A stretch of 64,000 nucleotides of DNA, from NCBI RefSeq assembly GCF_018350175.1, contig NC_058368.1, positions 88,352,001 through 88,416,000 of the forward strand, written 5' to 3'. This document shows positions 52,070 through 62,263 of this stretch, in pieces. A program made the translations under genes and the position numbers. The notes under the pieces are model-generated. The model saw only the letters and a list, made by a program, of their open reading frames with translations. It was not told the DNA's origin and made no database searches. This DNA is from Felis catus (lineage: Eukaryota). Each line of letters starts with the position of its first letter. The stretch's first letter is position 1.

Positions 52070-54250
52070 ATCATGCCCTCCTGGCCCTCACCATCCCAAT
52101 GGGTCCCAGGATTCCCTCCTGGCCCCCAGCATCCTGTCCAGGCCCCCATCACCCCCCGGGCCTCCGGTATCCCCTCCAGGTCATTACTCCCTGGGCTCCC
52201 AGCATCCCATCCAGGACTCCATCACCCCCTGGGCTCCCAGCATCCCCTCCAGGCCATTACCCCCTGGGCCCCCAGCATCCCATCCAGGATTCCATCACCC
52301 CCTGGACCCCCAGCATCCCGTCCAGGCTTCCATCACCCCCTGGGCCCCCATCACCCCCTGGGCTCCTAGCATCCCATCCAGGCCTCCATCACCCCCTGGG
52401 CCCCCAGCATCCCATCTAGGCCTCCATCATCCCCTGGGCCTGATCAACCCCTGGGCTCCCAGTATCCCATCCAGGCCTCCATCACCCCCTGGGCCCCCAG
52501 CATCCCATCTAGGCCTCCATCATCCCCTGGGCCTGATCAACCCCTGGGCCCCCAGCATCCCATCTAGGCCTCCATCATCCCCTGGGCCCGATCAACCCCT
52601 GGGCTCCCAGCATCCCCTCCAGGCCATTACCCCCTGGGCCCCCAGCATCCCATCCAGGATTCCATCACCCCCTGGACCCCCAGCATCCCGTCCAGGCTTC
52701 CATCACCCCCTGGGCCCCCATCACCCCCTGGGCTCCCAGTATCCCATCCAGGCCTCCATTACCCCCTGGGCCCCCAGCATCCCATCCAGGCCTCCATCAC
52801 CCCTTGGGCCTCCAGCATCCTGTCTAGGTCCTCACTCTCTGGGCCCCCAGCATCCCATCCAGGTCCCCATCACCCCCTGGGCCCCAGCATCCCGTCCAGG
52901 CCACCATCACCCCCTGGGCCCCCAGCATCCCATCCAGGCCTCCATCACCCCTTGGGCCTCCAGCATCACGTCCAGGTCCCCATCACCCCCTGGGCCCCAG
53001 CATCCTGTCCAGGCCCCCATCACCCCCTGGGCCCCCAGCATCCCATCCAGGCCTCCATCACCCCTTGGGCCTCCAGCATCACGTCCAGGTCCTCACCGTC
53101 TGGGCCCCCAGCATCTCACCCAGGTCCCCATCACCCCCTGGGCCTCACATCCCCTCCAGGCCATTAGCCTCCTGGGCCCCAGCATTCTATCCAGGTCTCC
53201 ATCACCCCCTGAGCCCCAGCATCCCCTCCAGGCCATTAGCCTCCTGGGCCCCAGCATTCTATCCAGGTCCCCATCACCCCCTGAGCCCCAGCATCCCCTC
53301 CAGGCCCCCAGCATCCCACTCAGGTCCCCATCACCCCCTGGGCCCTACATCTCCTCCAGGCCATTACCTCCTGGGCCCCCAACAACCTATCCAGGTCCCC
53401 ATCACCCCCTGAGCCCCAGCATCCCCTACAGGCCCCCATCACCCTTGGACCCCGCATTGTCACCAGGCCATTACCTCCTGGGCCCTCAGCAACCTATCCA
53501 GGTCCCCATCACCCCCTGAGCCCCCAGCATCTCCTCCAGGCCATTACTCCCCTGGGCCCCCAGCATCCCCTCCAGGCCATCACCCCCTGGGCCCCACATA
53601 CCCTCCAGGCCATTATCTCCTGGGCCCCCAACAATCTATCCAGGTTCCCATCACCCCCTGAGCCCCAGCATCCCCTACAGGTCCCCATCACCCCCTGAGC
53701 CCCCAGCATCCCCTCCAGGCCATTACCCCCTGGGCCCCCAGCATCCCCTACAGGTCCCCATCACTCCCTAGGCCCTGCATCTCCTCCAGGTCATTACACC
53801 CTGGGCCCCCAGAATCCTGTCCAGGTCCCCATCACCCCCTCCAGGTTCCCAGCATCCCCTTCAGGTCCCTATTACCCCCCCCGGGGCCCCCAACGTCCCC
53901 TCCTGGTCTCCATCACTCCCTGGGCTGCTGTATCCCTTCTAGGTACCCAGCATCCCCTCCCGGCCCCCCAGCATCCCTTCCAGGTACCCAGCATCCCATC
54001 CAGGGCCCATCAACCCCCTGGGCTCCCAGCATCCCCTCCAGGTCCTCACCCTCTGGGCCCTCAGCATTCCTTCCAGGTCCCCCAGAATCCCTTCCAGGTC
54101 CCCCAACATCCCCTCCAGGTTCCCAGCATCCCCTCCAGGTCCCTATCACCCTCGGAACCCCAGCATCCCCTCCAGGTGCCCAGCGTTCCCTCCTGGTCCC
54201 CATCACTCCCTGGGCCCCCAGCGTTCCCCAGGGCCCCACCTCTGACCCCC
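52070..54250. repeat. C-rich ~38-bp minisatellite, about 2.2 kb, in SNAP47 intron 1
   Basis: Unit ccatcaccccctgggcccccagcatcccatccaggcct with variants and internal higher-order duplications. Confidence 0.95.
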
Positions 54251-54417
54251 ATGCCCCTTCGTCAGCCCAGTGCACGCCCCACCATCTCCCCTGGTCAGTG
54301 GCGCGCTGGGAAGAGGAGGGGTTCTCACCGCGACAGCAGTGGAAGGCGGGACTGTGCCGCGGGAGGTGTGGGCGGGCTCCGGCAGAGGCCCAGCCGCACA
54401 GTGCGGGCGCCGCTTAC

Positions 54418-54570
54418 CTGTGTCACCCGGGAGGCGCTCAGACCGCGAGACTCGGGTCTGGCGCGGCTTGACAATCTCAGACGCGGGAGGGACCAGATGC
54501 TTCAGAGGTGCTAAGGGACGCCCCCGCGCCTGCGCAGAATGAGGCCCGCAGGCTGCTACGCGCATGCGTC
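54418..54570 (-). other. SNAP47: Probable SNAP47 non-coding first exon (5' boundary approximate)
   Basis: Strong minus-strand donor CAG|GTAAGC at 54418 inside the CpG island, pointing toward the exon-2 acceptor at 46233. The frame continuous with the main ATG contains stops. The TSS cannot be determined from sequence. Confidence 0.7.
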
Positions 54571-54882
54571 CAGTGCCCGGCGCTCCCTGTTTCGTACTCG
54601 GGCAGGAACTCTACCCGCATGCTTTTAATTCCGCTCCGCGGCGCCGGGCCGACCGTGGGCTCTGAGAGCCTGTGCGTCGCGGTTTTCGCTCCGGCCGGCA
54701 CGGAGGCCGTGAGCAGCCGGTGCCCCTAACGTCTGCTCCGGAAGTAGTTTCAGCAAGTACTTCCGATCACTCCCAGCCTTCGGGCCGGACAAGGGGAGGC
54801 GAGAGTCCGGGCGTACGCCCCTCACCGGGCAGCGGCGACCTTTGCGCCGCCCGCCCCGCGCGGACGCCCAGCCTGTGCCGGA

Positions 54883-55147
54883 ATGGACAGAGAGACGCGC
54901 GTCTACGCCGAAAATCATTTCCGAGGCCTGCAGGGGCGGCCCCCAGGCGGCGCCTGCCCGCCCCCAGGCTGCGTGGACTTCATCGAGAATCCGGACTCGT
55001 TTTCCTACGCCGACTTCTTCAAGGGCTACCTGCTTCCCAACATGCCGTGCGTCTTCTCCAGCTCCTTCACCGCCGGCTGGGGCAGCCGCAGGCACTGGGT
55101 GACGTCCAGCGGGAAGCCCAACTTCGAGCACCTGCTTCGGAAGTACG
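54883..55147 (+). CDS. JMJD4: JMJD4 exon 1 coding part
   Basis: Translates MDRETRVYAENHFRGL...FSYADFFKGYLLPNMPCVFSSSFTAGWGSRRHWV...LLRKY. Donor G|GTGAGG (phase 1). In-frame upstream stop at 54745-54747 with no intervening ATG. Confidence 0.93.
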
Positions 55148-55247
55148 GTGAGGATCGGGGGCCGGCAGCCGGCGGTGGGAGCGCGTACCGAGGGTGGTCG
55201 TCTTCGGAGAGCCTCGGAGGAGTCAGTGCCGGACCCTGTTGTTTCAG

Positions 55248-55413
55248 GAGACGTCGTCGTGCCTGTTGCCAACTGCGGGGTCCAGGAGTACAATTCGAAC
55301 CCCAAAGAACACATGCCGCTCAGAGACTACATCAGCTACTGGCAAGAGTACATCCAGGGTGGCTATTTCTCTCCTCGGGGCTGCCTCTATCTCAAAGACT
55401 GGCACCTGTGCAG
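55248..55413 (+). CDS. JMJD4: JMJD4 exon 2
   Basis: Acceptor gtttcag|GA; translates DVVVPVANCGVQEYNSNPKEHM...GCLYLKDWHLC; donor AG|GTAAAG. Intron 1 is 100 nt. Confidence 0.95.
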
Positions 55414-57408
55414 GTAAAGGGGCGCTGCGCGCGCAGGGGCGCTGTTTTACCTGTACCTAAACGAGCCCTGGTTGCACACGGGGGGCAGCTCATCTTCTCC
55501 CCAGTTAGGGATTTTGTTTCAGGGGGGGAAGAGGGGTAGGGAGAGAAAGGATCCCAAGCAGGCTGCACGCTCAGCGCAGACCACAACACCGGGGCTGGAT
55601 CTCGCGGTTCTGGAATCACCCACCACCTGAGCACAAATCAAGACTCCCGACGCTCAGTGGATTGAGCCAGCCAGGCGCCCCGCCCCCAGCCAGGGTGTTT
55701 CAGCACGCACAGACCTGGCTCTCTTCCGCGGTTGGAGGCGTCCTCTTCAATCACAGGGTGGGTGACTGTGAGGAATGTGGGCTCCCGCGGCCACCTCTTC
55801 TGCTTCACGTTTGCCCAGAACCCTCTTTGAGGACTCCACCCTCTCTAGCTGGCAGGTAGTACTCAGCCTTCGCCTTTCCTCTCAGGTGCCGCTAGGACTG
55901 GCCTTCCCTTTCCAGCCCTGCTTTTCCAAGTTAGGCCAGTGCCTGTCCACCTTGGACTGGGAGTTTCCAGTCTCCAGCAAGTCTCCATCACTGACCAGCA
56001 ACTCTCTGTCTGTAAGGAGGCCTGTTGTGGTCTCCCCACCTAGCACTCGTTTCTTTCCCTGGGAGCTCTGACATGCATGGGCCGCCTCATCCCATCTGCT
56101 GTGTTCCCACTCTCTGAGGTCGTCCTGGGTTTTTTTTGTCCCTTTCCCCTGCTCAGGGGTGTGTTTTTCACAAGCATCGACCATTGTACTCAGACCCCAG
56201 CAAGCAGCACAGGGCACAGAGTGGGTGTTAAGTTAGTGTCGGATGGATGAGTGAATGACTGAATTCTCATTTTGCTGGTGTGGAAAGTAAGGTTCAGAAA
56301 GGTAAACTGAGACTAGATTCGCTCCCTTGAGGTTCCTGAGACTAATCCAAAAGTGCACTTGGCAGCAGCACGCCCTGGGTGCTTTCTGCCCCAGTGCTGC
56401 TTGTTCCTCACACACCAGACACAGGTCCTGGCCCTCAGGGACTCCTGTTCCAGCAGCACGTATGGACTTGTAGACCCAGATGCTCCCGCACTGTGGATTC
56501 AGGCTTCCAGTAAACAATAAGTGAGTTTTCTGGTGTGTGTTCTAGGTATTGCACGAGAACTTGTTCGAGAAACTTGTTCAGTGATTATATGGTGGCTGAT
56601 TTTGGCTGAGTGTCACATATGGAAACCCTGGAAACCATAGAAGAAAGAACCAAGCAACACTTGGGTCAGGCAGGCAGAGGTGGCCATCAGAGACATGACA
56701 TTGGAGCAGGGTTTTGAAGGATCAGCAGGAGTCTGATGGCACATAAAGGCATGGCCGCAGAGGGAGTGGCCGGTGTTCTGGGTAACTACAGGTGGTTTGG
56801 GGCTCCTGGGGTTCTGCCCCTCGTGGCCTGTGACCATGAGAGATGTGTGAGTGGCTCCAGAAGCTTGTTCCAGCATGTTGTTGGGGGGGCTACCCACTCC
56901 CTTGGGCTGCTTTGGTGTGCTCTTGTGCCTGGGGCCCCATCAGCTTGGTTGTGGGATCAGGTTTTTGGACCAGAGGGATTTGGAGTGTTGAGAGGTAGGA
57001 GAGAAGGATCTCAGCATATATGGGCCTGTGGTCTCGCATCCACTCAGACTGGAGGTCACTGGTGGGGTGAAAGCACAGAGGTCCCCAGACTCTGGAAAGA
57101 CAGGGTGATGCAGATGAGGCATCTGGAGCCGTAGCCTAGCCAGAGGGTGAAATCCTAGAAGTGGTGCTGGAAAGTTCTGGAGCAGTCAGGTCCCTCCCTG
57201 TGTGGTCGATGCGCCCCCAAAGCCATTTTACCTGCTGTGACTGTGGTTGGGCCATGGAGGCTGTGGTCATCTGGTGGCTGGACTGGCGCTGGGTGGTCAG
57301 TTGGCACTGGCTCTGGAAGGCAGCTCGGGGTTACTCATCATTCCAGAATGCTTAGGATCTGGCATCTTGTTAGCCACTCCTGCCACAGCCCCCTGCCACC
57401 CCCTCCAG

Positions 57409-57534
57409 GGACTCATCGGCAGAGGACGTCTTCACCTTGCCTGTGTACTTCTCATCCGACTGGCTGAATGAGTACTGGGACTCTCTGGATGTGGACGACT
57501 ACCGCTTCGTCTACATGGGGCCCACTGGCACCTG
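57409..57534 (+). CDS. JMJD4: JMJD4 exon 3
   Basis: Acceptor ccctccag|G; translates DSSAEDVFTLPVYFSSDWLNEYWDSLDVDDYRFVYMGPTGT; donor TG|GTACAG. Confidence 0.93.
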
Positions 57535-57742
57535 GTACAGTCTGTCCGCTTCCTCCCTCCTGCTGACACCTCGTCCCCTCTGCTTCCCTGCATGCGGTCC
57601 TGAAGCCCATCCACTCCATGAGAGCCCCTGTTTCTGGCCAGTTTAACCCACTTCTCCCCCCCGGGGCTCTGCCTGTGGCCATCCCACTGGAAAGAACCAG
57701 ACGGCACCCAGCCAAGAGGCACTAAGGGGATGTTTTGCACAG

Positions 57743-58010
57743 GTCACCGTTTCACGCCGACATCTTCCGCTCCTTCAGCTGGTCTGTCAACATTTGTGGG
57801 AGGAAAAAGTGGTTCTTCTTTCCTCCAGGGCAGGAAGAAGCCCTGCGGGATTGCCATGGTGGCCTGCCCTACGATGTGACCTCCCCTGCACTCCTTGACC
57901 GCCGTCTGTACCCCACTCGTGAGCACTGCAGCCCCCCGCTGGAGGTCACGCAGGAGGCGGGCGAGATGGTGTTTGTGCCCAGTGGCTGGCACCACCAAGT
58001 CCACAACCTG
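57743..58010 (+). CDS. JMJD4: JMJD4 exon 4 (JmjC core, HxD...H Fe(II) ligands)
   Basis: Acceptor ttttgcacag|G; translates SPFHADIFRSFSWSVNICGRKKW...QEAGEMVFVPSGWHHQVHNL, with HAD at 57753-57761; donor CTG|GTAGGG. JMJD4 is the 2-oxoglutarate oxygenase that hydroxylates eRF1 (established knowledge). Confidence 0.96.
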
Positions 58011-58399
58011 GTAGGGTGGGCACACCGCATCCCACATGCCTGCAGCATGGCCCAGACGGGCCAGGGAGACACGTCCTGGGGTCCTCCTGGTGTGGCTCCC
58101 GCCCCAGAGAGTCCGTCTCCCCCTGTGACTGCCCCTTGGCCGGCCCACCAGTCCTCACCCCTGGCATGTTCTCAGATGCCTCTCCACAGAGAGGGTTTAG
58201 GCCCACCTCTGCTGACCCCACCCTGTCTAGGAGAGCCTGCGTGCAGGCCAGGTTCCACCAGCCCGCTCTCCCTGCTGGCACCTCTGGGACACAAGAGCAG
58301 CCCTTTCAGGGCTGGGGAGGGCTGGAAGGACCTCCAGGCCGGGGGAGGGGCGGTACCTGCCCTGGGCTCATGGGGACACCTCTGCCTCACCCCTCCCAG

Positions 58400-58546
58400 G
58401 AGGATACCATCTCCATCAACCACAACTGGGTCAATGGCTGTAACCTGGCCAACATGTGGCACTTCCTGCAGCAAGAGCTCTGTGCCGTGCAGCAGGAGGT
58501 CAGTGAGTGGAGGGACACCATGCCTGACTGGCACCATCATTGCCAG
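58400..58546 (+). CDS. JMJD4: JMJD4 exon 5
   Basis: Acceptor ctcccag|GAG; translates EDTISINHNWVNGCNLANMWHFLQQELCAVQQEVSEWRDTMPDWHHHCQ; donor CAG|GTAGGC. Confidence 0.95.
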
Positions 58547-59001
58547 GTAGGCCAGCCTGGACAGGACGGGGGTGTGGGAAGTACTGGGAGGGGCTCCGCA
58601 GGGCTGCAGTGGGGACTAGGGAGGGGGCTCCACAGGACTACAGTGGGGACTGGGGAGGGGCTCTGCAGAGCCATGGCTGCAGTGTGGGGAGGGTGTGGGG
58701 CAGCCCCCAGGGCAGCCTACATTCTCAGAGGGGGCTAGAGCTGTGGTCTTGGGGGCGTGGTAGCCTCTAGGTCTGCCTGTGTGAAGGTCCCTCTGGGCCT
58801 GGGGCAGGTCACTGGGGTTTCCAGCTTGCAGGACTCAGACCCATCCCATCGCTGGCTGACCCCCAGTCATCTCTGTCCCCATCCTCGAGAACTGGGCCAA
58901 GTCTCTGGATCCTTTGTGGTCTGGGCCCTGCCCACAGTCAGCAGATACTTGCCTGGAGCCGCGAGCAAGCTGTGGCTCACTGGCTGCTCCTCTCTGGCCA
59001 G

Positions 59002-59310
59002 GTCATCATGAGGGCTTGCTCTGGGATCAATTTTGAAGAATTTTACCGCTTCCTCAAGATCATCGCTGAGAGGAGGCTTCTCCTGCTGGCGAAGGGGATG
59101 GGCCCTGATGAAGTGGAGGGTGAGGGTGGCGAGGGCACCGTGCTGGGCCCCCAGCAGGCTGCTTTCGACATCGGCCGGATTGCCGAGGTGCTGGCGTCCG
59201 TGGTGGCCCACCCAGACTTCCAGAAAGTGGACACTAGCATGTTCTCGCCGCAGCCTGAGGAGCTTCTGAGGCAGCTAGAGGAGGTCGTGGTCACCACCAC
59301 GACTCTTTAA
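59002..59310 (+). CDS. JMJD4: JMJD4 exon 6 coding part and stop
   Basis: Acceptor tctctggccag|GTC; translates VIMRACSGINFEEFYRFLKIIAERRLL...EEVVVTTTTL* (TAA). Total CDS 265+166+126+268+147+309=1281 nt = 426 aa. Confidence 0.94.
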   Translation, partial: VIMRACSGINFEEFYRFLKIIAERRLLLLAKGMGPDEVEGEGGEGTVLGPQQAAFDIGRIAEVLASVVAHPDFQKVDTSMFSPQPEELLRQLEEVVVTTTTL

Positions 59311-59403
59311 TGCATGCTGCGTGGATCAGGTACCCCATGACGTGACAGGATTGTGGGGCACCAGCATGGAGGGTAGGTGGTCTCCTCTGGTGCGCCTTCC
59401 GGA

Positions 59404-59409
59404 AATAAA
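59404..59409 (+). terminator. Candidate JMJD4 polyadenylation signal AATAAA
   Basis: First canonical hexamer after the stop codon, ~95 nt downstream, followed by T/GT-containing sequence. Confidence 0.6.
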
Positions 59410-60149
59410 GCTCCACGCTTCTGTGTAGCCTGGGACACATCACCTCCCACTGAGCCTTGTGGCCTCCAGTGTCCCAGGCATGGCTCCTGCTCTTAAGGGC
59501 GTGATAGCGTCCTGGCTGTCCTCTGGCCTCCCTGGGGCCCTGGTGCCTGTGCAGAGGGTCCAGGCTCCTGGTCCTGAGGTTCGGCCAGGGCTGAGTATTC
59601 TGGATCCAGTGAGGTGCTGGGTGGGAGGTGTTGATAAGTGAGATGTGCAGCAATAAGGCTGGAGTGTGCTGGGGACTCAGGTGGGGGCAGAAGGTGGCTG
59701 GGATTCTCAGTGCCCCCGGCCTTTTAGCAAAGACCAGCCTGCAAGCCCACAGGCCTCCCGTCCACAGCAGCGTGAGGCAGCCGGTGTGTCTGGCAGGGTA
59801 CCCTCTGCAGCAGGACCACTGTGTGAATGTGCATCTTCCCCTGGAGCAAGCCCCTTCTTGTTGGCGGGGACTGGGGCCCAGGGCAGCCCCCAGGCCAGGG
59901 CTTCTGTCTCTGTCCCACACTAGAGCCATTGTTTACACAGAACCTGCCTTCCCTCTGCGGGCCTGTGCCCTGTCCTTGGCCTCACGCATGCCCCCAGGAA
60001 TCACTGTGGTGCAGCACTCGGGCACCACTCAGGGTCTGTGGGTCTGCTGGGTTTTGTTTCTCTCCTGCTTGAGACAGCCCTGCCTTTTCCCATCAGGGGT
60101 AGACCTGGAGCCCAGCGAGGGCTACATGTTTTCATCTACTCAGACTCTA

Positions 60150-60405
60150 CCTCTTTTGTAACTTCCATCAGATGCCACCTCCTGAGTGAACCTCTCTCCT
60201 TCCCAATCAGAAGTGTCCCTTCAGTATTTCCCTGGCACTTTGCTAACTCCACATGGCATGTATCTATATTTATTACTGATCTCCTCTAGCTGATTATAAG
60301 CTCCTAAGAGTCAGGAGCTTGTGTTAACCATCTTGAACCCCCACAGTAACTTTGTAGAATCTTGTACCTACCAGATGCTGAAAGGTGTGTAAAGAATTGA
60401 ATGGA
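60150..60405 (+). mobile_element. LINE-2 3' end remnant
   Basis: cagatgccacctcct...gattataagctcctaagagtcagga...gaattgaatg resemble L2 3'-end motifs; highly diverged. Confidence 0.5.
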
Positions 60406-60984
60406 GCTGAGGACCAGCAAAACTAGATGTTTCTACTGGCCATTTTGGCAGCTCTCTGATGGTACTTAGCAGTGCCCCTTAGTATAAGCACACTCTCTCT
60501 GCACATGAAACAATAGGCCATGAACCTAAAGATGTTTTTTTCTACCTTTCTTGTATTATGAGTCCCACTTTGATTCTGGAGCAACTCTACGTGTATGTGT
60601 GTACCATCAAAAATATCTATGCCCCACCAGCCAGGAGGTGTATAGGCAGAGATGGCACTGGTAAAGTTAATACGAAATCAGTGGAAATTTTCTGTATTAG
60701 CATTTTGCAGGTTTGGGACTCTCCTACTTAGGTAACTATGGATAAGTACTTCCCATGGTCTCCAGGGCCCCTGTGACCCTCTTCCACCCTTCACTCATGT
60801 TTGTCATCCTAAGCCACCAAACAAGCAGTATGTGGTTCAGAGCACATCTGCCCCGTCGAGCCTCCAAACCTTGCACGGCACCTCTGCCAGGCAAAAAAAG
60901 TTCATCGTTGCACCCTGTGGTCTATTTGAACTGCATGCTCCCCTGTGCCATTCAGTTTTCACACCTGTGTGCCACTTAACAGGG

Positions 60985-61345
60985 TGGTAGGGTTCTCCAG
61001 AGAAATGGAACCCACAGGATCTACCTAGAGCGAGAGATGGTGAGTGAGATGTGTTGACACTGTACCCTTTGGTCCAAAGCCTGGAAACTCAGGAGGGTGT
61101 GTGTAGCAGCCTGGAAGCAGAATTGCTTCTTTGGGAAATCTCAGTCCTTGCTCATAAGGCCTTGAGCTGATTGGGTGAGGCCCACCCACACTGTGGAGCG
61201 TCATCTGCTTTGTTGAGGTGTGCAGAATTAAAAGTTAATCATATCTGAGAGATGCCTTAACAGTGATATCCAGCCTGGCGTTGGACCAAATGGGTGGGCG
61301 CTGTGGCCTGGCCAAGAGGATGTGGACCTGACCACCAATCACTCC
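60985..61345 (-). mobile_element. MLT2-type (ERV-L) LTR
   Basis: gggttctccagagaaatggaacc, ctgattgggtgaggcccacccaca, gttaatcatatctg and tggcctggccaag motifs. Confidence 0.75.
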
Positions 61346-62092
61346 CCAGTGTTCCCTTGCCTCTGACCACTCACCCTGACATTGAGCACCTTGCCCAGCT
61401 GCTGTGGGCAGTCGTACGGCTACCCTCTGTGTACTCCTTTGCACCGGGCCCCCCTGTACTCTGCCGTTGGACAGTCATGTTTGCACGCTTCCCTAAGTGT
61501 TTTCCAGCCACGTTTTGGCACGCTGACTAAACCAGTGTGCATTCACTGGGTTATTGAACAGTTGCCCCTTGCACCCTTGTTCCATACCATCAGCTTCCAC
61601 CACGGGAATGCCCACTCTGCCATTTCTTTGCTCTTTGCACAGCCATTATTTGCCATTTCGGTCACCTTTTACACACTTGTGCATAATCCACAGTCTATGC
61701 TTGTGTGTTTTCTTCTCCAGCTTTCACCCCAGCACATCCTTCTGCAGTGCTTACCACTTGCTCCTCCTGTGCTGTCAAACATTTGATCCTAGCACACCCA
61801 CTTGGTGCTATCAGACCCTGTCTTGTTGCACACTTCCCATTCGGGACCCCTGGATTGTCCCAGGCCAGGTCATCACTTACTGTCATTCTCTTTACAGCTC
61901 CCTCCATAGCCACGGTGTGCCATCAGATACTCGCTTTGCAAACCCATGACCACTGCATGTGTGATCGTTCATCTGGCGTCCCTTGCGTGGTAATTCTGGA
62001 TCTTCCAAACCAAGAAGTGCCACATGTGACAATTCTGGACCATCCAAACCAAGAGATGCCACATGTGAGCAGCTTCTTGCTCCATGTTGTTC

Positions 62093-62263
62093 TTTTTTTA
62101 AAGTTTATTTATTTTGAGAGTGTGAAAGAGAGGGAGAGAGAATCCCAAGCAGCCTCCACACTGTCAGCACAGAGCCCAACATGGGGTTCAGTCTAATGAA
62201 CCTTGAGATTATGACCTGAGCCAAAAACAATCAGATGCTTAACCAACTGGGCCACCTGGGTGG
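62093..62263 (-). mobile_element. Can-SINE
   Basis: aagtttatttattttgagag...cactgtcagcacagagccc...atgcttaaccaactgggccacc. Confidence 0.88.

Larger units (their letters stand above)
54270..55460. promoter_or_regulatory. CpG island / bidirectional promoter of SNAP47 and JMJD4
   Basis: CpG density is visibly much higher than in the rest of the window. Contains an NRF1-like GCGCATGCG (54560-54568) and oppositely oriented ETS/GABP sites CCGGAAGT (54738-54745) and ACTTCCG (54759-54765). Confidence 0.88.

Noticed and set aside
51894..53519. 541-aa proline-rich ORF
   Set aside because: Lies almost entirely in the C-rich minisatellite, whose unit lacks stop codons on this strand; antisense to SNAP47 intron 1, with no splice or domain support.
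58011..58399. JMJD4 ORFs reading through intron 4 (and similarly through intron 1)
   Set aside because: The introns are GC-rich and stop-poor; their lengths (389 and 100 nt) are not multiples of three, so retention would frameshift, and canonical splicing gives the complete protein.
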